NCBI GenBank assembly: GCA_043812815.1 | Contig: JBDRLT010000015.1 | Span: 1 to 63,429 of the forward strand | Direction of reading: 5' to 3' | DNA from: Candidatus Woesearchaeota archaeon | GTDB lineage: Archaea > Nanobdellota > Nanobdellia > Woesearchaeales > JAGVZT01 | Length of the DNA: 63,429 nucleotides | Shown here: positions 1 through 8,168 of the stretch, piece by piece | How positions within the stretch are numbered: the first letter of the stretch is position 1 | Layout of the letters: each line of letters starts with the position of its first letter | Position numbers and translations under genes: made by a program | The notes under the pieces: generated by a model | What the model saw: only the letters and a program-made list of their open reading frames with translations | The model's database searches: none | What the model was told of the DNA's origin: nothing

Positions 1-2
1 TC

Positions 3-437
3 TCTTCTCTTAAAGAGCTCGCGGATGCCCTCAGAGGCATGGATGATGAGATCTTTACCAGCCATGTCAATGACGCTAAAAATGATGTGTACTCGTGGAT
101 TAAAGCCAATGCCAATTATGATGAACTCGCTGAAAAGGCAAAGGGAGAACATGGCAAACTGCAATTGATTGATTTGCTCGATAAGGTGGAAAAGCAAAAG
201 CTGGTATTCTTGGAGAAAGTGGAGAATGAAGGGGTAACGCTTGAGCAGGTTAATGCGGAGATTGAGGAACTCAAAGCCAATTTGGCTAAAGGTGATTTAA
301 TAGTGGCAAAGGATGGTTATAAGAAGATTATTGAAATGTATAAAGAATTGGGTAACCAGGATAAGGCTTTGATACACAATAGCTGCATAGAGCTACACAA
401 GAGAATTGTGGCAATGGAGTTGTTCAATGGAAGTTGA
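3..437 (+). CDS. hypothetical helical protein, N-terminus cut by window edge
   Basis: Frame is open from nt 3 (LKELADALRG precedes listed ORF 39..437). Motif HVNDAKNDVYSWIKAN is followed by an E/K-rich helical sequence. TGA stop at 435-437. Confidence 0.5.
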   Translation, partial: SSLKELADALRGMDDEIFTSHVNDAKNDVYSWIKANANYDELAEKAKGEHGKLQLIDLLDKVEKQKLVFLEKVENEGVTLEQVNAEIEELKANLAKGDLIVAKDGYKKIIEMYKELGNQDKALIHNSCIELHKRIVAMELFNGS

Positions 438-651
438 GAAACAGATTGAATTTTTAAAAAGGTACCTGGAAGGGCTGCAGAAAACAGTGAGTGAAGCCCG
501 TAAAATGGGATTGGATACCAAAATGGCTGAGCTGAGGCTGATTGGCTTGGAGAACAAGATCAAGTACGCTGAGGTTAGCTTGGATGCGCAGGACATAAGA
601 AAGGTCAAGATTCTACTTGCCAGGGTTGAACAAGAGATCCCAAAGGTTTAA
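427..651 (+). CDS. small coiled-coil protein
   Basis: ATG at 427 (listed ORF begins at TTG 406) overlaps the upstream stop by 11 nt. Heptad-like sequence EVEKQIEFLKRYLEGLQKTVSEARK. Confidence 0.4.
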   Translation: MEVEKQIEFLKRYLEGLQKTVSEARKMGLDTKMAELRLIGLENKIKYAEVSLDAQDIRKVKILLARVEQEIPKV

Positions 652-677
652 TAATGGTTCTTTGATTTTCTTGGATT

Positions 678-1259
678 ATGCGATTGATTTTGATACGGCA
701 TGCAGAGACTCAAGGGAATAAGGAGAAGCTTATGACTGGTCAGTATGATGAGGGCTTGGATGCTTTGGGAAAAGAGCAGGCAGGTAAGCTTGGGAAGAGA
801 TTAAAGGGGCTGATGGTTGACAAGTTTTATGTGAGCGATCTCAAAAGGGCAAGAGAGACTGCTGCTGAGATTATTCAGTTTCATCAGGATGTCCCTGTGG
901 TGTATGATCCGCGGTTGAGGGAACAGAATTTCGGTGTTCTTGAGAACAACACATGGCCTGAGTTTAGATTGGACCAGATTAAACAGGGTGTAAGTTGGAT
1001 AGAGCACAAGCCAAAAAATGGTGAGTCAGTGGGTGAGCTTTTCTTAAGGGTATGGGATTTTTATTTGAGGATGGAAGAGGAGGGTATTGTTGTATGGGTA
1101 ACTCATGGGGGTGTTATTGCTGCGTTACTTGTCCAGCTTTTCAATGAGCCTATTGAACAGTTTATTAAGCATAAGATTTCCAATACATCTGTTACTGTTA
1201 TCAAGGTTGATGGCGCAGCAAAGCTGGTTGAATATAATTCTGTATCTCACCTTGATTGA
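678..1259 (+). CDS. histidine phosphatase family protein (phosphoglycerate-mutase-like)
   Basis: N-terminal LILIRHAETQGN (RHG motif) and C-terminal VTHGGVI histidine motif; 193 aa. Confidence 0.85.
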   Translation: MRLILIRHAETQGNKEKLMTGQYDEGLDALGKEQAGKLGKRLKGLMVDKFYVSDLKRARETAAEIIQFHQDVPVVYDPRLREQNFGVLENNTWPEFRLDQIKQGVSWIEHKPKNGESVGELFLRVWDFYLRMEEEGIVVWVTHGGVIAALLVQLFNEPIEQFIKHKISNTSVTVIKVDGAAKLVEYNSVSHLD

Positions 1260-1999
1260 TTAAGATGCTGCTCCAGAAAGTCAACTATAGAAGTGAGCAT
1301 TCGCTCGAAATGTTTAGGGTCGGTGTAGTTGTGGTCGAGCCCCTTGATGATTTTAAGGACGCAGTTGTTCATAAGAGAAGCTGTGCTGATGCTTTGTCGC
1401 AATGGAACGACTGTGTCTCTGTCTCCATGGATGATTAGTGCTGGTGTTTGTAACCCTGTTACGGATGAATATGCTTTGTGCTTTACTGCATCCTCAAAGA
1501 ATGAGTAATTAAGTCTACATAGAGTCCCATCATTTTTCGGGTAGGTGGTGTAGCCTTTCTTCTTCCATATTTCTATCTGCTCAGCAGGCCATGTAGATGC
1601 AAAGTCAGATACTGGCGACTTAAGGGCTATTGCTGATATTGCCGAGTAACTTGGGATGGCAAGCAATACCACAAGACCACCAAAACTGGAGCCAAATAAA
1701 CCTATTCTGGTGTAGCCCTTTTCTTGAATCAGGGTGATAGCGTTTTTGAGATCGTCAACCGCCTCCGAAACAGTTATCTTGGCAAAATCTCCATCGCTTT
1801 CCCCATGGCCATAAAAGTCAAATACAAATGAAGAGATATTCTTTTTGCCTAATGCAGGGATTAGGTTCTTGTAGGTTCGTGAATTTTTATTTGAGGAGAA
1901 TCCATGACACATAACAACTATAGGCAAGTTTGGATCATTGCCTGACAAGAGACCAGCTAGCTTTTCACCATTGCTATTGGAGAAAGTGATTTTTTCCAT
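1247..1999 (-). CDS. alpha/beta hydrolase (dienelactone hydrolase / S9-like)
   Basis: HGFSS oxyanion region, nucleophile elbow GLFGSSFGG, IIHGDRD and DH near the C-terminus. Confidence 0.8.
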   Translation of the reverse strand: MEKITFSNSNGEKLAGLLSGNDPNLPIVVMCHGFSSNKNSRTYKNLIPALGKKNISSFVFDFYGHGESDGDFAKITVSEAVDDLKNAITLIQEKGYTRIGLFGSSFGGLVVLLAIPSYSAISAIALKSPVSDFASTWPAEQIEIWKKKGYTTYPKNDGTLCRLNYSFFEDAVKHKAYSSVTGLQTPALIIHGDRDTVVPLRQSISTASLMNNCVLKIIKGLDHNYTDPKHFERMLTSIVDFLEQHLNQSR

Positions 2000-2002
2000 T
2001 TC

Positions 2003-2440
2003 TCACAGCCTCATAAGGAGTATTAATGTTAAAAATATTTCGCTAAGTGATGCTAACCTGACCCTTCGTAGATCGGGTACTGAGGCGCGCATCCCATTGA
2101 CGAATTTATGAATGCGCAGTTTGCCACCGCGTTTGGCTGTAATCCACTCAAAGTCGGGAAGCATTGCAAAAAACATCGCAAAGAGATATTGTCTGTAAAA
2201 GAATATAATAGGGATACATAGAAGAGCATAGGCAGAATTATAGAAGAGCCAGTATTTATCATTAATCAGCGGTTTTGGAGAATGGTAGCTTAGTTTGCAA
2301 AAAAAATCCAAGATTAAATGGGATAGTATCGCTAACGCTGCTATTGTTCCATATCTGATTATTGGGTTGCCAAATGCGATATTTCTCTGGATAAGAATGC
2401 CCATAATAAGATGTAACGGACCTTGCATTCGCAGGTCCAA
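2003..2440 (-). CDS. hypothetical multi-pass membrane protein
   Basis: Several hydrophobic helices; LSHLILDFF resembles the SHFVLDAIPHW segment of the 44126 membrane protein (possible DUF457-like family, by eye only). Confidence 0.45.
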   Translation of the reverse strand: MDLRMQGPLHLIMGILIQRNIAFGNPIIRYGTIAALAILSHLILDFFCKLSYHSPKPLINDKYWLFYNSAYALLCIPIIFFYRQYLFAMFFAMLPDFEWITAKRGGKLRIHKFVNGMRASVPDLRRVRLASLSEIFLTLILLMRL

Positions 2441-2467
2441 AATATCCTAGTATAAATTGCTTGCGGT

Positions 2468-3019
2468 TCAATAGTGCGCTTTTCTGCTTGGCCTTACCTT
2501 TTCAGCACCCTTGCCTTTGTTGCGGAGCCCTCTTGCCTTGCGAGCTGCTGATGTCAGACCGCGGAATGCCCGCATCTTGTTTCTGCCCACCCAGTTGAGG
2601 TTCTTGTCAGCTTTGATAGATGGGCTTGTTCTGTCAACCAGGATTACCTCATACCAATAGTGCTTGCCGTCCTTGCCAACTTGGTAGGAATTCAGCACTT
2701 CACAATTGAGGAATTTCTTGTTGGCACGCTCTTCTGCGATCTGCTGGTAATTTTTACCCAGAACCTTCCTTCTACGCATGTGTTTTGAGCGTCTTCCGCC
2801 CGCAAACTTGGGGCGCTGTTTGCCTCCTCGGTTTACGCGCTGCCTCACAATAATTATCCCTTTCTTGGCTTTGTAGCCAAGCGACCTGGCTCGGTCTAGC
2901 CTTGTTGGTTTCTCAATGCGCAGTGTTACTAGCTCTTGCCGCCAGGCTGTTAACCTTTGCTGGTTAAGCTTAGAATCAGGATTTTGCCAAGCTTGCCTTA
3001 AGTATTTGTATAGACTCAT
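2468..3019 (-). CDS. rpl15e: 50S ribosomal protein L15e
   Basis: MSLYKYLRQAWQNP... plus basic RRRK stretches typical of L15e. ATG at 3019 is preceded by GGAGG; the listed ORF starts 4 codons earlier. Confidence 0.95.
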   Translation of the reverse strand: MSLYKYLRQAWQNPDSKLNQQRLTAWRQELVTLRIEKPTRLDRARSLGYKAKKGIIIVRQRVNRGGKQRPKFAGGRRSKHMRRRKVLGKNYQQIAEERANKKFLNCEVLNSYQVGKDGKHYWYEVILVDRTSPSIKADKNLNWVGRNKMRAFRGLTSAARKARGLRNKGKGAEKVRPSRKAHY

Positions 3020-3154
3020 TTTAGCCTCCATTTATTATAAGCGGAAAACAGTGTTTTCCATATTCAGGGAAGCAACTCCCCACATCTGAGCCATGGTAGT
3101 TTACTGCTATTTAAAAAGATTTGGCTTCAGTGTTCAAATTGCTGTAATCTGACT

Positions 3155-3598
3155 TTATGGAAGGCCCCAGCTGGAGTCAGAAAATTTCCTCAGTTTGAAC
3201 AATTTTTCAAGTTCTCCTTGGATTCGCTTAATATCATCTTCATTAAGAGGGGTATAGCTTGGCCTGTGACCTGAGATAAGTGGCTGCCCAAATTTTTGGA
3301 TTTTTGCATCTCTGGCTCTACCATAAAGATGAATATGCAGATAGGGTGTCCAGTTTCCATTTTCCTGATAATTTATTCTACCGATTTCTACTCCGATTTT
3401 TTTCATGGCTGTTTTCATAGCCTCTCCAGACACAATTGTTAACCGCATCAGTTCAATTGCCTGTTTTGGGGGTAATTTGGTTCTATCTTCAGTTGACACT
3501 TTTGGAGATATTTTAATATGGCCTCCTTCCAGTCTGTCAATTTCGGGTTTTTCAGAAGATTCAAGAATGAAGTTTTTGGTTTCGCAGATTATTGCCAT
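3155..3598 (-). CDS. HIT-like nucleotide hydrolase/transferase (variant H-x-H-x-Y motif)
   Basis: NYQENGNWTPYLHIHLYGR resembles the histidine-triad motif, but the third His is replaced by Tyr. Confidence 0.6.
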   Translation of the reverse strand: MAIICETKNFILESSEKPEIDRLEGGHIKISPKVSTEDRTKLPPKQAIELMRLTIVSGEAMKTAMKKIGVEIGRINYQENGNWTPYLHIHLYGRARDAKIQKFGQPLISGHRPSYTPLNEDDIKRIQGELEKLFKLRKFSDSSWGLP

Positions 3599-3708
3599 AA
3601 GTCATTAATATCCTTGAAGATATAAATACTTTTTGGGTCATTGAATAGGCTCCTAGAACCCTCGGAATAATGACAAAATTAAAATAGGTGTAGGCCTGTG
3701 TTTTTCAC

Positions 3709-4503
3709 ATGAAGAGAAAATTGGGGCTCGCGCTTGGAAGTGGGGGCGCAAAAGGTTTTGCTCATGTGGGAGTAATCCAGGTTTTGCTGGAGAATAATAT
3801 CGCTATTGATTGTATTGCCGGCTCAAGCGCTGGCGCGATTGTTGGTGCGTATTATGCGCTGCACTTGGAAGTGGATGGGCTTGCAGAGTGGGCAAACAAA
3901 TTCAAAAAAAAGGATCTGGTTAGGCTGCTTGATTTTCACAAGCCAGACTCATCGATGATAAAGGGTAAGAAGATTAGGGATTTTTTGAATCAGAATTTCT
4001 TTTTGGACATGTCGATCAGCGATGCACGTATCCCACTGGGAATTGTGGCAACTGTGCTGGAAGATGGGAAACCCTTTGTGTTTAAGTCAGGGAAAATCGT
4101 TGATGCTGTTATGGCATCTGCAACTGTTCCTGGGATAATTCCACCTACTATCTATAATGGAAAGCATCTTGTGGATGGAGCTTTTGCAGATGCTGTTCCG
4201 ATCAAGGTCTGCAAGCAGCTTGGAGCAGAGGTGGTGCTGGGCATAGATTTGTACAGCATAACAAGGGTGAACGATGAGTACAACTCAATGATAAGGATTA
4301 TGGAAAGGAGCTGGAAGCTGCTGATGGCTAAGCTTTCTGACCAACTTGAGTGCCAAAATGACCCTGGTGTGCTGGTGCTAAGGCCAAAGGTTAAGTGGGA
4401 TGAGCTTTTTGCTTTTGAAAACTCGGAAAAGCATCTTAGGCTGGGAAGGCGAGTGGCTAAAGCTGCTCTGCCAAGAATCAAAAAATTGCTTAGGAGGGTT
4501 TGA
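3709..4503 (+). CDS. patatin-like phospholipase
   Basis: GSGGAKG oxyanion motif, GSSAG nucleophile elbow and the LVDGAF catalytic Asp motif. Confidence 0.9.
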   Translation: MKRKLGLALGSGGAKGFAHVGVIQVLLENNIAIDCIAGSSAGAIVGAYYALHLEVDGLAEWANKFKKKDLVRLLDFHKPDSSMIKGKKIRDFLNQNFFLDMSISDARIPLGIVATVLEDGKPFVFKSGKIVDAVMASATVPGIIPPTIYNGKHLVDGAFADAVPIKVCKQLGAEVVLGIDLYSITRVNDEYNSMIRIMERSWKLLMAKLSDQLECQNDPGVLVLRPKVKWDELFAFENSEKHLRLGRRVAKAALPRIKKLLRRV

Positions 4504-4505
4504 AA

Positions 4506-4892
4506 ATGAAGGTTAAAGAGTGCGTTTTGATTAAACCTCTGGTTTGCCAGAGGGGTGCGACAGTGGTTGAGGTTGCGAGGATTTTGAGGGACAATAAGCA
4601 GCGGAGAGCTGTTGTTGTTGATAATGGCAAGCCTATTGGAATTGTGTCAACAACTGATTTGAGCAACAAGGTGGTTGCAGGTGCGATGGATGCGATGCTT
4701 AAGGTGGAGGATGTGATGACCTCGCCAATTTACTTGACATGCGATATCGATGATGAACTCAATGAGATTTTTAAGAGGATGGTGAATCACGAGTCCTTTT
4801 TTTGCCCTGTTACCGAGCATGGTAAATTGGTGGGGATCCTAACTTACGGTGAACTTATTAGCAAGGTAAAGAGGGTTATGAATGAAGGTTGA
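4506..4892 (+). CDS. CBS-domain pair protein
   Basis: Two CBS-like repeats (PIGIVSTTDL, LVGILTYGELI). ATG at 4506 lies 3 nt after the patatin stop. Confidence 0.8.
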   Translation: MKVKECVLIKPLVCQRGATVVEVARILRDNKQRRAVVVDNGKPIGIVSTTDLSNKVVAGAMDAMLKVEDVMTSPIYLTCDIDDELNEIFKRMVNHESFFCPVTEHGKLVGILTYGELISKVKRVMNEG

Positions 4893-5712
4893 CCTTCCAG
4901 AAGGTGTTGGAAGAAAGTTGGGCTGGCTCACCCTTAGATCTGGGTTTCAAAGGATTTATGATGAGCTTAGGGGTGCTGAGGGTAGCTTTAGTAAGGATAT
5001 TACTACTAGAGTTATGGGAACTAAAGCATCTGACGCAGATTTGGGCATAGGCGGAATTACCCTTGAGGAGATAGCCAGGCAAAATGGATTGGAGGAGGAG
5101 TTTGGCCAATACATTAGGAGTGATATTATTGGTGGAATTAGGGGCAGAACTGCGTATGCGCTTGATCTAGTTACATCGATGAAGGACAGCCTTGAGGATG
5201 CTGTGGAATTGGCTGAAGTTGGAGGGAGCGCAGCAAGTGCAGTAACTGGCGCAGGACCTATTGTTATTCAGATTGGCGGAAACACTTTTGAGGTTCCACT
5301 CTATGTTGCAGTACAGACTGTGTATACTACTCTGGCTACGTTGCTTGGGTATGTTTCAGGCACTTACACTCTTACTGCCAAAGGCACTGTCAACTATATC
5401 TCAGATACTATTAAGGGAATGGGTGTTATTGGAAATGCAATTCCTCTTCTGGGAAGCATTTTTGAGTTTGGAACTAATCTTGATGATAAAAGGGACAGAA
5501 TTGCAGAGGCTTCTGCGCAGCGCGCTTCAGTATGGTTGATTAACAAGATTAGAGAGAAGAAGGGCTTACCAGTGCTTGAGCAGCCACGCGACCTTGTGGG
5601 GATTATTGGCACATTGGGAAGTAAGCTGAGAAGGAATGGATCCCTGAGTGATTATGAGGACAAGCAGATTTATGGGAGTGATATCTCTGCATCACCATAC
5701 CAGAGGATTTAG
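4882..5712 (+). CDS. hypothetical protein with G/A-rich hydrophobic segments
   Basis: ORFan by eye. VGGSAASAVTGAGPIVIQIGG and GMGVIGNAIPLLGSIF segments. Start overlaps the CBS gene stop. Confidence 0.55.
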   Translation: MKVDLPEGVGRKLGWLTLRSGFQRIYDELRGAEGSFSKDITTRVMGTKASDADLGIGGITLEEIARQNGLEEEFGQYIRSDIIGGIRGRTAYALDLVTSMKDSLEDAVELAEVGGSAASAVTGAGPIVIQIGGNTFEVPLYVAVQTVYTTLATLLGYVSGTYTLTAKGTVNYISDTIKGMGVIGNAIPLLGSIFEFGTNLDDKRDRIAEASAQRASVWLINKIREKKGLPVLEQPRDLVGIIGTLGSKLRRNGSLSDYEDKQIYGSDISASPYQRI

Positions 5713-5752
5713 GGAAATGTTTAAATACGCCTAGCTGAATTTTTATGTAGAG

Positions 5753-6724
5753 GTGATTGGCTTGATAGATAAGGAGAATATGTTGTTTGTTCTTGATGAT
5801 TTCCCTCAGCAGATAGTCAAAGGATTTGAGCTTGGCGAAAAGGTTAATGTTAATGGGGCTTTCAAAAATATTGTGTTCTCTGGTATGGGCGGGTCTGGGC
5901 TGCCAGGGGATATTGCAAGGACTTTATTAAGGGATAGGTGTGATATTCCTGTGATTTCACAGAAGGACTATGGGCTGCCCAAGTTTGTGAGCAAGGATAC
6001 TCTGTTTTTTGCTGTCTCTTATTCTGGGAATACTGAAGAGACTCTGGATGCGTATAGGGTAGCCAGAGGGAAAGGGTGTACTATTGTGGCAATTTGCAGT
6101 GGGGGCAAACTGAGGGAGATTGCTGAGAAGGATAATGTTGCGCACATTGTTGTGCCGACTGCTGTTGCTGCGCGCACTTCTATTGGGTATATGTTTTTTG
6201 CAGCATTGCGGGTTTTGGTGAATTCAGGAATAGTCAAGGAAGATGTTAATGGTATTGCAGAGAAATTGCAGAACCCTGATTTTAAGATGAAGGGTGAAGA
6301 GCTTGCTTCGAGCATTATGAACAAGATCCCAATTATCTATGCCTCTGAGGCAATGGGGGTGGCAGCGCTGGTTTGGAAGGTTTGCTTTAATGAGTCTGCA
6401 AAAATTCCCTCTTTTGTCAATGTGTTTCCTGAGCTCAACCACAATGAGTTGATGGCATATACCAAGCCCCAGGAGAAATTCCATGTGATTTTTATTAGAG
6501 AGGATGACTGCAGCAGGCAGCTAGCCAAGAGGTTTAAGATGACCCGAGATCTCATTTCAAGCAAGGTGAGCACTACTGAGATGGTGGTAAAAGGAAATGG
6601 ACAGCTGCTCAAGCTCTTTTCTGCTATCTATATCGGCTACTGGACATCGTATTTCCTGGCTTTGAAGTACAGAGTGGATCCTGCTGATACCAAGCTGCAA
6701 GCAGAGTTTAAGAAGAAGCTTTAA
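5753..6724 (+). CDS. bifunctional phosphoglucose/phosphomannose isomerase (SIS domain)
   Basis: GMGGSG, VSYSGNTEET and the C-terminal isomerase-domain pattern. GTG start as listed; an alternative ATG is at 5780. Confidence 0.8.
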   Translation: MIGLIDKENMLFVLDDFPQQIVKGFELGEKVNVNGAFKNIVFSGMGGSGLPGDIARTLLRDRCDIPVISQKDYGLPKFVSKDTLFFAVSYSGNTEETLDAYRVARGKGCTIVAICSGGKLREIAEKDNVAHIVVPTAVAARTSIGYMFFAALRVLVNSGIVKEDVNGIAEKLQNPDFKMKGEELASSIMNKIPIIYASEAMGVAALVWKVCFNESAKIPSFVNVFPELNHNELMAYTKPQEKFHVIFIREDDCSRQLAKRFKMTRDLISSKVSTTEMVVKGNGQLLKLFSAIYIGYWTSYFLALKYRVDPADTKLQAEFKKKL

Positions 6725-6748
6725 ATAATATCTATGGTTTTTTTTTGC

Positions 6749-6836
6749 GGGCTCGTGGTCTAGCGGCTATGACATCGCCCTTACACGGCGGAGGTCGCCG
6801 GTTCAAAAGCATAAACTGAAAGTCCGGCCGGGCCCA
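6749..6836 (+). tRNA. tRNA-Val(TAC) with T-loop intron
   Basis: Acceptor GGGCTCG/CGGGCCC plus discriminator A. Anticodon loop CTTACAC (TAC at 6782-6784). T arm GCCGG-TTCAAA[6808-6822]T-CCGGC. Confidence 0.85.
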
Positions 6837-6838
6837 TT

Positions 6839-7276
6839 TTAAAAGAATATTCTGAAGATTATGAAGTTGAATAGTATTGCGCCTGCGTCAAACATGAAAA
6901 GGCTGAAAAAATCACGCTCCCCTATCCAGAGTGATATGCTATCGCTTAGCAGACAGAAAATAATGACTGTTGCTATACCTGCAATCTTAGCTTGGATACC
7001 GCTTTGGAATGCAAATGCCCCAATTAGGCCGACTATTCCACAGAGCACTGTGTTGATGATGGTGTGCATGCCAAAGTCCAGGGTCATAGCATAGTAAGAT
7101 AGCATGAAGAGTAGCCCAATGTAAAAGCCTGTCTTGAAGCCAAACCAGTAGCCTGCAAGGAAGGCACCTGTCAATGTGAAATCGATTCCTGCAGCTACTC
7201 TGCTGAGTGCTCTAAACTTGTTCAGAACGTATAGATTCAGTAAAAATATTCCCAACAGTATGAACGCTTTAACCAT
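6839..7276 (-). CDS. hypothetical membrane protein (4-5 TM)
   Basis: 145 aa, almost entirely hydrophobic helices; lies between two tRNA genes. Confidence 0.55.
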   Translation of the reverse strand: MVKAFILLGIFLLNLYVLNKFRALSRVAAGIDFTLTGAFLAGYWFGFKTGFYIGLLFMLSYYAMTLDFGMHTIINTVLCGIVGLIGAFAFQSGIQAKIAGIATVIIFCLLSDSISLWIGERDFFSLFMFDAGAILFNFIIFRIFF

Positions 7277-7367
7277 ACATTATTACTGAGGCTGGAATAG
7301 GGTGGTGGTTAATAAACTTTATCCTCACATAAGATTTATTAATAAATGCTATCTTCTTTGGATTTGC

Positions 7368-7453
7368 GGGCTCGTAGTCTAGTTGGCTATGACATCGCCT
7401 TCACACGGCGAAGGTCCCCGGTTCAAAGCCTTGCGAAAATCCGGGCGGGCCCA
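7368..7453 (+). tRNA. tRNA-Val(CAC) with T-loop intron
   Basis: Acceptor GGGCTCG/CGGGCCC. Anticodon CAC at 7402-7404. T arm CCCGG-TTCAAA[7428-7439]T-CCGGG. Confidence 0.85.
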
Positions 7454-7454
7454 T

Positions 7455-7549
7455 GCGACGGTAGTCTAGTGGTAGGATAGGCGCCTGCCACGCGCCTGAC
7501 CCGGGTTCGACTAAGCGAAGTTTTCGCTTCGAAAGCCCCGGCCGTCGCA
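7455..7549 (+). tRNA. tRNA-Gly(GCC) with T-loop intron
   Basis: Acceptor GCGACGG/CCGTCGC. Anticodon stem GGCGC/GCGCC with GCC at 7487-7489. T arm CCGGG-TTCGAC[7512-7535]C-CCCGG. Starts 1 nt after tRNA-Val. Confidence 0.85.
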
Positions 7550-7593
7550 TTCTTCAATAAATTTATATAGTATTTTGCAGTTCAGAGTGTTGT

Positions 7594-7744
7594 GGGCCCA
7601 TAGCTTAGCCCGGAAAAGGGTATGGATGCCTTTTAGGCAACTAGAGCGCCGGTCTTATATGACCAGCATCGGTTTTAAGCAAACCGGTGGCCCGGGGTTC
7701 AAATAGTTGGCGACAGCGTCAGCGTGAGAGTCCCCGTGGGCCCA
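7594..7744 (+). tRNA. tRNA-Ile(TAT), three introns (D-loop, 37/38, 59/60)
   Basis: Acceptor GGGCCCA/TGGGCCC plus A. Inserts at 7614-7641, 7660-7681 and 7704-7730. Anticodon stem CCGGT/ACCGG with TAT at 7656-7658. Confidence 0.7.
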
Positions 7745-7765
7745 CTATTTTCTGGAGGTGAGGAT

Positions 7766-7963
7766 ATGCCAATAGTAACAATTGAAACGTGGCCAATGGA
7801 GAAGGAGCAAAAGCCAGTTATGATGAAGAAGATCACAGAGGTTTTTACCAGCATGGGGATTCCTGCTCAGGCAGTAACTGTTGTTATTCATGAGACTGCG
7901 CTTGAGAATTGGGCAAGTGCTGGTGAGCAGCACTCTGTTAAGTTCAAGGATCTTCGGAAATAG
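7766..7963 (+). CDS. 4-oxalocrotonate tautomerase family protein
   Basis: Starts MPIVTIE (catalytic Pro1), about 65 aa. GGAGGTGA sits 8 nt upstream. The listed ORF 7724 start lies inside the tRNA. Confidence 0.85.
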   Translation: MPIVTIETWPMEKEQKPVMMKKITEVFTSMGIPAQAVTVVIHETALENWASAGEQHSVKFKDLRK

Positions 7964-8006
7964 ATTTCATAAGATTTAAATAAGGATAAGGAACCCAGAA
8001 ACCTAG

Positions 8007-8150
8007 GCCCCGATGGTGTAGTCCGGTCAATCATTCTGCCCTTTCGACAAGGGGAATTAATTCGTCTTGGAAGACAGGCAGAGACCCGGGTTCGAACAGA
8101 CTTACTGGTGTGCTTAGAAACCAGTGTCTTTGAAAGTCCCGGTCGGGGCA
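8007..8150 (+). tRNA. tRNA-Glu(TTC), two introns (37/38 and 59/60)
   Basis: GCCCCGA/TCGGGGC acceptor and GGTGTAGTCCGGTCAATCAT D arm typical of archaeal tRNA-Glu. TTC at 8043-8045. Inserts at 8047-8075 and 8097-8136. Confidence 0.8.
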
Positions 8151-8168
8151 CTTTTTCCTTTAGCATAA

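Noticed and set aside
39-651. Possible frameshifted single gene (ORFs 39-437 and 406-651)
   Set aside because: An ATG at 427 overlaps the upstream TGA by 11 nt, a normal coupled start/stop arrangement in this window. No frameshift needs to be invoked.
7724-7765. N-terminal extension of the tautomerase ORF (listed start 7724)
   Set aside because: The extension lies within the 3' part of tRNA-Ile. The family starts with Met-Pro, and GGAGGTGA precedes the ATG at 7766.
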